64,000 nt of DNA, taken from NCBI GenBank assembly GCA_966211815.1, contig CBIHOD010000005.1:55803-119802 (forward strand), written 5' to 3'. Source of the stretch: an uncultured Burkholderiales bacterium (GTDB lineage: Bacteria; Pseudomonadota; Gammaproteobacteria; Burkholderiales; Burkholderiaceae_C). Both the position numbers and the translations under genes were made by a program. The notes under the pieces are model-generated. The model made no database searches. It saw only the letters and a list, made by a program, of their open reading frames with translations, and was not told where the DNA came from. This document shows positions 28,879 to 37,264 of the stretch, in pieces (position 1 is the stretch's first letter; each line of letters begins with the position of its first letter).

Positions 28879-31740
28879 ATGTTGTTGAAAATGTCGAAAC
28901 CAACCGCCCCGCAATGGGTGGGCTTCGGTTTGCTGTGGCTGGGCGGCATCGCTACGTTGCGCTGGATGCTCGTCCTGCCGGGCTTGCGTCAGCTGATCCC
29001 GGGCTTTTCGGAATTGGGACTGGTGGCGCCCGCCATGTTCCTGGCCAGCGGCGCCGCCTGTGTGTTGCTGGGCGCCGCCCCGACGGCATCAGGCGTCCTG
29101 TCGCGCTGGCGCCGCAGGGCCGTGTGGGCTTGCGCCTTCCTGCTGGTGGTGTTCCCTTCGCTGATGCTGATCGAATACCTCGCCGGCGCGAGCCTCGGCG
29201 TCGATTTCGTGCGCGATGGCTTCGGCGCGGGGCCCGACGTCGTTTTCCCGGGCCGCATGTCGCCCAATGCCTGCATCGCCTTCGGCCTGGCCGGCCTGGC
29301 GGCCTGCTTGCTGCTACAGCCGGCCACCGCGGTGCGGCGCAAGACGCTGCTGGCGCTGGTCGTCGGCATCGCCGTCATCGGCGCCGCCGGCTGCATCGGC
29401 TACACGCTGCGTTTCGAGCGGCTGTACCGCCTGGCGGGCGCCAATGCGCTGTCCCTGCCGGTCGCCTACGGCCTCACGTTGCTATCGGCCGGCCTGTGGT
29501 TGCTGCGCGAGCGCTGGGTGGTGGACGCCTCCGCCGGGTTCCACGGCCATGAGCAGCGCATCAGCCAACGTTCGATCGCGGTGCTGGCGGTGGTGGCGAT
29601 CGCGGCCGGCGTTTCCGGTTTCGCGGTGATCCAGGAAACCTTCGAGAAGTCGCAGGCCGACGGCATGCTGCTCACGGCCACCGACAACGCCGACGCTTTG
29701 GCCGGCGTGCTGGACGCCGCCGCGTGGCTGCCCCGCACCCTCGCCACGCGTCCGGCCGTCAGCATGGCTTTCAACATCCTGAAATCGCGCACGGGCGACG
29801 CGCAGCAGGCGGAGATCCTGCGGGCGGCGGGGCAGGGGTTCTTGAACGCCGGGTTGCGCGGCATCCGCTTCGAGAACGGCGCGGGGGAGTTGCTGGCGGG
29901 CGTCGGCCAGCTGACGGTGAAACCCGCGGCCCTCTCGCTGCCGCTGGCGCCCGAGGCCTCGGGCCGCCGCCTGGCGTGGAACGACGGCTACGTGCTCGTC
30001 ACGAGCCAGCCGGTGTTCGAGCAGGGCCGCCCGGTGGGGCGGATCGTCACCGAGCAGGACTTGCCGCTGTTCGACAAGCTCGTCTCCAATGTGCGCTGGG
30101 CCGGCGATTCGTCGGACGCGCTGGTCTGCCGCAGCGATGGCGTGGCCGCCTCCTGCATCCCCTGGCGGATGCCGTCCGCGGCGTTTTCCCTGCCGCTCGA
30201 CGCGGTGGACCAGCGTGTCGGCCTGCCGGTCAACCTCGCGCTGAAGGCCGAGCCCGGCGTCACCGTGGCGAGGGATCCGAAAGGCGTGCAGACGGTGGCC
30301 GCCTACACGCCGATCGGCCCGACCGGCCTGGTGCTGCTGGTCAAGACCAACGCCGACACCCTCTACGCGCCCTTGCGCGACCGGGTGAACACGCTGGCGG
30401 CGGCCCTGGTGGTCCTGGTGGCGTTCGGCTGGTGGGCGCTGGGCAGCCAGGTCCGGCCGCTGGTGGCGCAGATGGCGGCCGAGGAGCGGCGCACGAGGGA
30501 GATCCTGGAAAACTCCAACGACGCTTTCATCGCGGTCGACGCCGAAGGCCTCGTCACCGACTGGAACTCCGAGGCGCAGCGCACTTTCGGTTGGAGCCGC
30601 GCCGAAGCCCTGGGCCAGAAGGTGTCCCAGCTGATCGTCCCGCCCGACCGGAGGGCCGCGCACGACGAGGGCTTCGCGAGTTTCCGGGGCGCCGGCACCG
30701 GCCCGGTGCTGAACAGGCGGCTCGAAGTTTCCGCGATGCACCGCGACGGCCGCGTCTTCATGGTCGAGCTGTCGGTGGCTTCGCTGCAGGAGGGCGGCAA
30801 GAAGGGGTACACCGCCCACGCCTTCGTGCGCGACATCACCGAGCGGCTGGCGGCGCAGACCGAGATCGCCAATAGCGAGAAGCATCTGCGCGACATCACC
30901 GACAACCTTCCGGTGCTGATCGGCTACATCGACAGCGGACGACGCCTGGGCTTCGCCAACCGCATGTTCGAGCACTGGCTCGGCCTGGAGCCGGCCGCGC
31001 TGGTCGGCCAACCCATCGCTTCGCTGGGCACGCCGATCTACGCCGACCGCGCCGACCTGGTGGCCGCGTCGCTCGCCGGCGAGCGGGTGGAGTACGAGTC
31101 CGTCTGCGGCGCCAACGGCGAGTCGCGCACGCTGCACACCGTGCTCGTGCCCGACGTGCAGCCGGACGGGCGCGTCGCCGGCGTCTACGCCCTGAGCACC
31201 GACGTGTCCGCCAACAAGGCGGTCGAGCAGCACTTGAACCAGCTGGCCCGCGTGGATGCGCTGACCGGCCTGCCGAACCGGCGGCAATTCGAGGAACGGC
31301 TGGACCAGGCCATGGCCCGCTGCCGGCGGAGCAAGCGGCCGATGGCGCTCATCTTCATGGACATCGACCACTTCAAAGGCATCAACGACAGCCTGGGCCA
31401 CGGCGTGGGAGACGCGGTGCTGCGCGAGGTCGCGGTCCGCCTGGAAGGCGGCGTGCGCATCACCGACCTGGCCGCGCGACTGGCCGGCGACGAATTCGTC
31501 GTGATCGCGGAGGGGCTGAACACGGTCGAGGAGGCGTCGCTGATCGCCGCGAAGCTGGTCGAGGCCATCCGCAGGCCCATGGTCGTCAAGGGCAGGCCGC
31601 TGCACGTGACCACCAGCATGGGGCTGGCCTATTACACCGGCCACGAGGGCTCGGCCGAAGACCTGACCACGCGCGCCGACCGGGCGCTCTACCGCGCCAA
31701 GGGCGCCGGCCGCGACACCTTCGCGGCCACCGTGTTCTGA
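28879..31740 (+). CDS. Membrane-anchored diguanylate cyclase (multi-TM N-terminus, periplasmic segment, two PAS, GGDEF with AGDEF variant)
   Basis: C-terminal DALTGLPNRRQF … DIDHFKGINDSLGHGVGD … RITDLAARLAGDEFVV. PAS-like blocks precede it. There is no EAL domain. Confidence 0.87.
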   Translation: MLLKMSKPTAPQWVGFGLLWLGGIATLRWMLVLPGLRQLIPGFSELGLVAPAMFLASGAACVLLGAAPTASGVLSRWRRRAVWACAFLLVVFPSLMLIEYLAGASLGVDFVRDGFGAGPDVVFPGRMSPNACIAFGLAGLAACLLLQPATAVRRKTLLALVVGIAVIGAAGCIGYTLRFERLYRLAGANALSLPVAYGLTLLSAGLWLLRERWVVDASAGFHGHEQRISQRSIAVLAVVAIAAGVSGFAVIQETFEKSQADGMLLTATDNADALAGVLDAAAWLPRTLATRPAVSMAFNILKSRTGDAQQAEILRAAGQGFLNAGLRGIRFENGAGELLAGVGQLTVKPAALSLPLAPEASGRRLAWNDGYVLVTSQPVFEQGRPVGRIVTEQDLPLFDKLVSNVRWAGDSSDALVCRSDGVAASCIPWRMPSAAFSLPLDAVDQRVGLPVNLALKAEPGVTVARDPKGVQTVAAYTPIGPTGLVLLVKTNADTLYAPLRDRVNTLAAALVVLVAFGWWALGSQVRPLVAQMAAEERRTREILENSNDAFIAVDAEGLVTDWNSEAQRTFGWSRAEALGQKVSQLIVPPDRRAAHDEGFASFRGAGTGPVLNRRLEVSAMHRDGRVFMVELSVASLQEGGKKGYTAHAFVRDITERLAAQTEIANSEKHLRDITDNLPVLIGYIDSGRRLGFANRMFEHWLGLEPAALVGQPIASLGTPIYADRADLVAASLAGERVEYESVCGANGESRTLHTVLVPDVQPDGRVAGVYALSTDVSANKAVEQHLNQLARVDALTGLPNRRQFEERLDQAMARCRRSKRPMALIFMDIDHFKGINDSLGHGVGDAVLREVAVRLEGGVRITDLAARLAGDEFVVIAEGLNTVEEASLIAAKLVEAIRRPMVVKGRPLHVTTSMGLAYYTGHEGSAEDLTTRADRALYRAKGAGRDTFAATVF

Positions 31741-31795
31741 ACCCGCCGCCCGGCGCGGGGGCCATGGTCGCCGCCATCCCTGCGGGCGGGGCGGG

Positions 31796-32308
31796 TCAAT
31801 CGCATTGCGATGCGGCGGATGCCTGCTTGCCCGCCTGCCTGGCCGCGGCGCGCGCCTGGGCGACCGAGTCGGCGCCGCCGGGGAAGCTCGCGCCGGTGCC
31901 GGGCCAGTAGAGGCCGCGCGGCCCCTTGCACAGCGTGACGATCTGCGGCCGGCTGCTCAGCTCGGCCGACTCGCCGCCTTCCACCACCATCTCGTAGCGG
32001 ATGCTCGGGACTTTGGCGCCGCGGAAGGTTTCAAGCACCTTGGCGTGGTAGGTGTGCCGTTCTTCGCCGGCTTCGGCGGGCTGGCCCTGGGAAGGAACCT
32101 TGGCCCGGCCCAGCGGTGCGATGTCCACGCGGGTGTGCACCACCAGGGCGGAATAGGGTGTGCCGGCCACCGCTTTGCGCAGGAACTCTGCCTGGGCAGC
32201 CGCGTCCGGCTCGGCGGCATAAGCGGTGCCGGCGGCCAGCAGGGCACCGGCCAGCCACCGCAGGCGCGCGTCCGGCCGGGGCCGGGTCTTCGATTGCGCC
32301 GCCCTCAC
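31796..32308 (-). CDS. Small secreted hypothetical protein (immunity-like partner of the upstream hydrolase)
   Basis: The GTG start overlaps the upstream stop (GTGA). Signal peptide …RLRWLAGALLAAGTAYA/AEP. No known motif. The start call is tentative. Confidence 0.45.
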   Translation of the reverse strand: MRAAQSKTRPRPDARLRWLAGALLAAGTAYAAEPDAAAQAEFLRKAVAGTPYSALVVHTRVDIAPLGRAKVPSQGQPAEAGEERHTYHAKVLETFRGAKVPSIRYEMVVEGGESAELSSRPQIVTLCKGPRGLYWPGTGASFPGGADSVAQARAAARQAGKQASAASQCD

Positions 32309-33183
32309 GCTTCGGACCCCGCTTCGGCGGCGTTGCCCTGGTAGACCGGCAAGGTGTCGCCGGGTTTGGCGGTGGCGGGGAAGACGAATGCGTCCCAGGC
32401 CTTGGCGGGGTAGCGGCTCACATTGACCGAATCGCCCTGGTTGCCGCCAAGCATGTAGTAGTGGTTGCCGTCCCGGCTTTGGCCCACGATGAAGGCGACA
32501 TGGCCGCCGCCGCTGCGGCTCTTGACGCCGATCGCACCGAAGACGGGTGCCTTCAGTTTCGTGCCGAAGCCGACCCATTCCTTGGCGCGGAAGGCATTGC
32601 CCGGCAGGGTGTGGCCGTGTTTGCTCATCACCCAAGAGACGAAGGAGCCGCACCAGGCGTTCTTCCCACCGGTGTCGTCCTTGGCCCAGAAACCGGCGGC
32701 CTGGTGGTACTCCATGATCCTGGGGTTGGCCTTTTGCAGTCCGGCGACTTCCTTCTGGCCGATCTCGGCTTCGGCGGTATCGATCCAGGGCGCGCCCATT
32801 TCGGTGTTGGACAGCGCGGGTTTGGCCAGCTCGAGCTGATTCCTGAGCGTGTCCGGCGTGCCGGCGCGGTCCATCAGTTCGGTCAACGATTGGCTTGCGG
32901 GCTCGATCAGGCCATCGATCTTGGCCAGACCCAGCGTGCGTTGGAACGCCTGGATCCTGTCGATCGTCCGAACGCCGATGTTCCCATCGGCCAACAGTTG
33001 GTCGGCACCGGGAATCTCCACTTTGTTGAGCAGCTGCTGGACGATCCTGACGTCGGTTGGAATGTTCCGGCCGCCTCGGCCGACTGAATTTTTGATCAAT
33101 TTCTTTCCCTTGGTTTGTGAAGCGCTAGCGGCGCGGGGCCTTTCACCCTCGACGGAAACAGAGTGTTCGGGCCCCCGTTCCAT
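32305..33183 (-). CDS. Peptidoglycan-binding domain + CHAP/NlpC-P60-like (TIGR02594-type) cell-wall hydrolase, no signal peptide
   Basis: PG_binding_1-like DVRIVQQLLNKV…DGNIGVRTIDRIQAFQRTLGL. Papain-like Cys (NAWCGSFVSWVM) and His (GGGHVAFIVG). Confidence 0.72.
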   Translation of the reverse strand: MERGPEHSVSVEGERPRAASASQTKGKKLIKNSVGRGGRNIPTDVRIVQQLLNKVEIPGADQLLADGNIGVRTIDRIQAFQRTLGLAKIDGLIEPASQSLTELMDRAGTPDTLRNQLELAKPALSNTEMGAPWIDTAEAEIGQKEVAGLQKANPRIMEYHQAAGFWAKDDTGGKNAWCGSFVSWVMSKHGHTLPGNAFRAKEWVGFGTKLKAPVFGAIGVKSRSGGGHVAFIVGQSRDGNHYYMLGGNQGDSVNVSRYPAKAWDAFVFPATAKPGDTLPVYQGNAAEAGSEA

Positions 33184-33271
33184 TCTCCAGGGAACGGCGT
33201 TTGCCCTGTATCCGGAGTTACAGAAAAAGCCTTTCGTTTCTTATGCCATCCATTTCCCAGCAGGAGAGACC

Positions 33272-33538
33272 ATGCGCACCAGCACCCCCGCCGGCAAGCC
33301 GGCCGTCCGCCCCCAGGCTTTCGTGGACTCCGGGTTGGACGGCCTGGGCCCCGCCGACGATGACCTGGACATCGAGCACGCGTCGGTGCAGGCCTTGATC
33401 GACCAACTGCGCTGCCTCGACGCTGTCGACGAGAAATACGCCACCCGCTTCACCGTGCTGTGCGACTACGTTTTGCGGGACACGCCGCACGGCGCCGACC
33501 GGCCGGTGGACGCGGCGGGCACATCAACTGCCCTGTGA
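33272..33538 (+). CDS. Hypothetical 88-aa protein
   Basis: AGGAGA RBS 4 nt upstream of the ATG. Coding-like composition with no motif. Confidence 0.4.
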   Translation: MRTSTPAGKPAVRPQAFVDSGLDGLGPADDDLDIEHASVQALIDQLRCLDAVDEKYATRFTVLCDYVLRDTPHGADRPVDAAGTSTAL

Positions 33539-33632
33539 GGCGGGCGCGCACAGCGTTTCCCCGGCCCGCGGTCCGATGCTTTTTCGGCCGCGCGCGCCGA
33601 TGTCCCAGCAATTTTCAGCAAAGGAAAACACC

Positions 33633-34091
33633 ATGGCAAACGACGACGTGATCGACACCTTGAACGACCTGATCGAGAACTGCAAGGACGGCGAGTACGG
33701 CTTCCAGACCTCCGCCGAATACCTGCAGGATCCGGCGATCAAACAGTCCTTCGTGACCCGCGCCCAGCAATGCCGGGAAGCGGCGAGCGAACTGCAGACC
33801 CTGGTCGTGCAGCTCGGCGGCAGCGCCGAGAAGAGCGGCACCGTCGCCGGTGCGATGCACCGCGGCTGGGTGGCGGTGAAGGGCACTTTGTCCGGCTACA
33901 GCGACAAGGCCATCCTCGAGGAGGCGGAGCGCGGAGAGGACACCGCGCTGGCTCGCTACCGCGAGGCGCTGGAGAAATCGCTCCCGCCGAACGTTCGTTC
34001 AGTGGTGGAGCGCCAGTTCGAAGGCGCCAAGCGCAACCATGCCCAAGTCCGGACGCTGCGCGACCAGGCCCGCCTGGCCGCCCACGCCTGA
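33633..34091 (+). CDS. PA2169/DUF2383-type ferritin-like four-helix-bundle protein
   Basis: VIDTLNDLIENCKDGEYGFQTSAE … EAERGEDTALARYREAL … pattern typical of this stress-associated family. Followed by a terminator. Confidence 0.68.
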   Translation: MANDDVIDTLNDLIENCKDGEYGFQTSAEYLQDPAIKQSFVTRAQQCREAASELQTLVVQLGGSAEKSGTVAGAMHRGWVAVKGTLSGYSDKAILEEAERGEDTALARYREALEKSLPPNVRSVVERQFEGAKRNHAQVRTLRDQARLAAHA

Positions 34092-34149
34092 CCGTCCCCG
34101 CCGGTTGTCACTGCGGGGATCGAAACGGGGGCGCACCGCCCTCCTTCCA

Positions 34150-34188
34150 TGCCATCCGGGCGCCGCGAGGCGCGCCGGATGTTTTTTT
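34150..34188 (+). terminator. Rho-independent terminator
   Basis: CATCCGGGCGCC…GGCGCGCCGGATG hairpin followed by T7. Confidence 0.6.
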
Positions 34189-34211
34189 GCCTCTCCGGCC
34201 GTCGACCGCTC

Positions 34212-34299
34212 GTGTGGTGTCCCGCAAATAACTGACCAAAATGGAATCGATGGCTTGCAAGCCAAGATTCCATTGGCAGTTATCAGCGGGACGCCACAC
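34212..34299. repeat. 88-bp AT-richer long imperfect hairpin centred on GGCTTGCAAGCC
   Basis: Arms gtgtggtgtcccgc-aaataactg-acca-aaatggaatc… and …gattccatt-ggcagttat-cagcgggacgccacac pair over about 39 bp. The hairpin abuts the SDR stop codon. Confidence 0.6.
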
Positions 34300-35282
34300 T
34301 AAATCGCGCCGACGCTGCCCGTCACCGGCAGCACGATGCCCGTGACATAGCCCGAGCACACCGGCGAAGCCAGGAAGACATAGGCCGGCGACAGCTCTTC
34401 CGGTTGCGCGGCGCGTTTCATGTCGGTCTTCTTGCCGAATTCGGCCACTTTGTCGGCGGGGGAGTCCGCCGGGTTCAGCGGCGTCCACACCGGACCGGGC
34501 GCCACCGCGTTGACGCGGATGCCGCGCTCGATGAGGTTGCTCGCCAGCGATTTGGTGAAGGCGTGGATGGCGCCCTTGGTCGCCGAATAGTCCAACAACT
34601 GGGCGCTGCCGCGCAAGCCGGTCACCGAGCCGGTGTTGATGATGCTGGCCCCGTTTTTCATGTGGGGCAGGGCGGCGCGCACCATGCGGAAATACCCGCC
34701 GAGATTGGTGTCGAAGGTTTCCCATAGGCGCCGGTCGTCCAGGTCTTCGATCGACTCGGCATGTTCCTGGAAGGCGGCGTTGTTGACGAGCACGTCCAGC
34801 CGTCCGAAGCGCTCGACCGTCTTGGCCACCGCGCTGTCGCACCATCGGGCGTCCTTCACGTCGCCTTGCAGCAGCAGGCAGCGCCGGCCCTCGGCCTCCA
34901 CGCGGCGCTGGGTCTCCTCGGCGTCCTGGGTCGACGAGAGGTAAGCCACCGCCACGTCGGCGCCCTCGCGCGCGAAAAGCACCGCCACCGCGCGGCCGAT
35001 GCCGGAGTCGCCGCCGGTGATCAAGGCGGCGAAGCCTTCGAGCTTGCCGCTGCCTTTGTAGTCGGGCGCCATGAAGCGCGGCTGCAATTCCAGGTCGGCT
35101 TCCAGGCCGGGCTTCTCCAGGTGTTGCGCCGGCAGCTCCTCAGGCTGGAACCTGGCGCCCGCCTGCACCGCCGACGAGTCCTCGGTGGGGGCTTTTTTCT
35201 TTTCGGCCTGGGCCTGGTCTTTCCGGTCCTGGGACTTCTGGATGTCGCGTTGGGTCTTCACAGTGGTGTCGGGGGTGTTCAT
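34299..35282 (-). CDS. SDR-family oxidoreductase (YghA / general-stress-protein-39 type) with a charged N-terminal extension
   Basis: ITGGDSGIGRA cofactor motif, NNAA, and the catalytic YSATKGA (YxxxK). Confidence 0.9.
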   Translation of the reverse strand: MNTPDTTVKTQRDIQKSQDRKDQAQAEKKKAPTEDSSAVQAGARFQPEELPAQHLEKPGLEADLELQPRFMAPDYKGSGKLEGFAALITGGDSGIGRAVAVLFAREGADVAVAYLSSTQDAEETQRRVEAEGRRCLLLQGDVKDARWCDSAVAKTVERFGRLDVLVNNAAFQEHAESIEDLDDRRLWETFDTNLGGYFRMVRAALPHMKNGASIINTGSVTGLRGSAQLLDYSATKGAIHAFTKSLASNLIERGIRVNAVAPGPVWTPLNPADSPADKVAEFGKKTDMKRAAQPEELSPAYVFLASPVCSGYVTGIVLPVTGSVGAI

Positions 35283-35558
35283 GCCATGCCTTTCCGATGA
35301 TTGAAAACTTGAAAGCGCCGTTGTTCAGCCGGTCGTGGGCGGCGCCCGAACAACCGGGATGGCAGTTGCCGTGCCGGCCACCGGATCGCACGCAGGCCGC
35401 TCGACGGCGGCGACGGCACGCCTTATTTGCGGCAAATCCGGCTTGCCGACCGGTCATGGCGACCATGGCGCACCGGCTCCTCCAACGGACACCCGCACGC
35501 CGTCTCCGGCACATCATTTGCTTACTGCCTTGGGCCGTGTTCGACTCCAGGTGACGCC

Positions 35559-36329
35559 ATGGACCTCAAAAAACCGCAGCCCGCCGCTTTTCATCCTGGC
35601 CAGGCTTCGCCAATCGGCGGGCTGCTCAAGCTTGGCGCGTGGATGCGCTCGACGCTGTTGGCCCCGCCCGCGCCCGGCAAACAGGGCGGGGCCCCCGGCG
35701 GCGTCCCCGCGGTCTTCATCGATAAGGATGGGACCTTCGTCGAGGATGTGCCCCACAACACCGACCCGGAAAAGCTGCGCTTCGTGCCCGGCGCCCCCGA
35801 AGCCCTGGCAGCGCTGTCGAAAGCCGGTTTCGCGCTGGTGGTGGTGACGAACCAAAGCGGCATCGAACAGGGCTATTTCAGCCGTGCCCAGTTCGCCGCG
35901 CTGCAGTCCCGCCTGGAAAAGAACCTGCTGGCGCACAGTGGCGTCGTCTTGACCGATTTCCTGCTGTGCCCGCATGCGCCGGGGCCGCGCGACATGCCCA
36001 AGTGCCTGTGCCACAAGCCCGCGCCCGGCATGCTCGTGCGCGCTGCGCGGCGGCACCGCATCGACTTGGCGCGGTCGTGGATGGTCGGCGACACCCTGGA
36101 CGACGTCGAAGCCGGTCGCCGCGCGGGTTGCAGGGCCATCCTGCTGGATTCCGGCAGCGAGACCCGGTGGCGCCGTTCGCCGCTGCGCACGCCGCACCAT
36201 GTTTTCCGGAATTGGCGGGAAGTCACGCGCGAGGTGCTGCAAGGCGGCATTCAGCCTCAAGCCCCGGACCAGCCCGCCGGCGAGGCGCCGGCCGCTGCCC
36301 ACCGTCTGGCGGCCGCGGCGTGTCCTTGA
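35559..36329 (+). CDS. HAD-IIIA phosphatase, D,D-heptose 1,7-bisphosphate phosphatase (GmhB)-like
   Basis: VFIDKDGT (DxDGT), VVVTNQSGI, Zn-finger CPHAP…CLCHKPAPGM and MVGDTLDDVEAG. An alternative start lies at 35643. Confidence 0.78.
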   Translation: MDLKKPQPAAFHPGQASPIGGLLKLGAWMRSTLLAPPAPGKQGGAPGGVPAVFIDKDGTFVEDVPHNTDPEKLRFVPGAPEALAALSKAGFALVVVTNQSGIEQGYFSRAQFAALQSRLEKNLLAHSGVVLTDFLLCPHAPGPRDMPKCLCHKPAPGMLVRAARRHRIDLARSWMVGDTLDDVEAGRRAGCRAILLDSGSETRWRRSPLRTPHHVFRNWREVTREVLQGGIQPQAPDQPAGEAPAAAHRLAAAACP

Positions 36330-36498
36330 GTCCTCGAGTCTCGGGCGTTTCCACTGTCGGCTTCAGGCGTTGGCCGCGCCCACCAGGCGCGGCAGGCATC
36401 CCTGTCGGCAAGGGCAACCGTTCTTTCGGTAAATGTTGCCGCAACAAGGCGCAAACCCGCAGGTTTGCCGATCCGGTCGCCACCGCCCCGGCCTCTGT

Positions 36499-37044
36499 TC
36501 AGGCGGTCCCGGTGCGGGGCGCGCCTTCGCCGGGTTCGCGGCTCATTTCGGCGATCAGGGCGCTGGTGGCCCAGTCTCCGGCGCGGGGGATGATGACGGT
36601 GCGCCCGCCCCATTGCGCCACCAGGTCGGACTCGGGCAGAGGGCGGACAGCGTAGTCGCCACCTTTGACATAAACCTCGGGGCGAAGCGCGCGGATCAAC
36701 CGCAGCGGCACGTCGTCTTCGAACAGCACGACGGCCGTCACCGCGGGCAGCGACGCGACGGCCACCGCGCGTTCGATTTCCGACTCCACCGGGCGTTGGC
36801 CGGATGGGCTTTGCCTGCGGGCCGACGCGTCGCGGTTCAAGCCCACCACCAGCGCCGCGCCGAGCTGGGCGGCCTGTGTCAGAAAGGCGGCATGGCCGGG
36901 GTCCAGCAAGTCGAACACGCCGTCGGTGAAGACCAGCGGCCGTGGCAGCTCGGTCACCATCTGGATGCCGATGCTGCGGTAGATCGGCGCCACGGCGCCG
37001 TCCTTCGGGCGCAGGCCCGGGGCCATCGTCGTCGTCAATGTCAT
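36499..37044 (-). CDS. Cytidylyltransferase-like nucleotidyltransferase (RfaE domain II-like) with variant HxGH motif
   Basis: FTDGVFDLLDPGHAAFL aligns to the TNGCFDILHAGH motif with His replaced by Asp. Also …VVGLNRD…, YVKGGDY and the IIP… tail. Confidence 0.72.
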   Translation of the reverse strand: MTLTTTMAPGLRPKDGAVAPIYRSIGIQMVTELPRPLVFTDGVFDLLDPGHAAFLTQAAQLGAALVVGLNRDASARRQSPSGQRPVESEIERAVAVASLPAVTAVVLFEDDVPLRLIRALRPEVYVKGGDYAVRPLPESDLVAQWGGRTVIIPRAGDWATSALIAEMSREPGEGAPRTGTA

Positions 37045-37069
37045 GGCGTCACACCTCGTGTCGCCCCGG

Positions 37070-37264
37070 TCAATGCACTTGGAGCGACGGGGCGAAGGGC
37101 AGGGGCTCGCGGATCGCCGGGAACCCGCTCGGCAGCACGGGTTCGATGATTTCGAACCAACTTTCGGGAACCTCCGGCACGGGCAATGAAGCGGGTGGGA
37201 TGGCGGAAGGGTTGGGAATACGGGGCGGGATGTCGACGCCACGGTGTAGTGCGAAGTTTTGCAT
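37070..37264 (-). CDS. Small proline-rich hypothetical protein (64 aa)
   Basis: AAGGAGA RBS 6 nt before the ATG, 25 nt upstream of the nucleotidyltransferase gene. No homology recognised. Confidence 0.35.
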   Translation of the reverse strand: MQNFALHRGVDIPPRIPNPSAIPPASLPVPEVPESWFEIIEPVLPSGFPAIREPLPFAPSLQVH

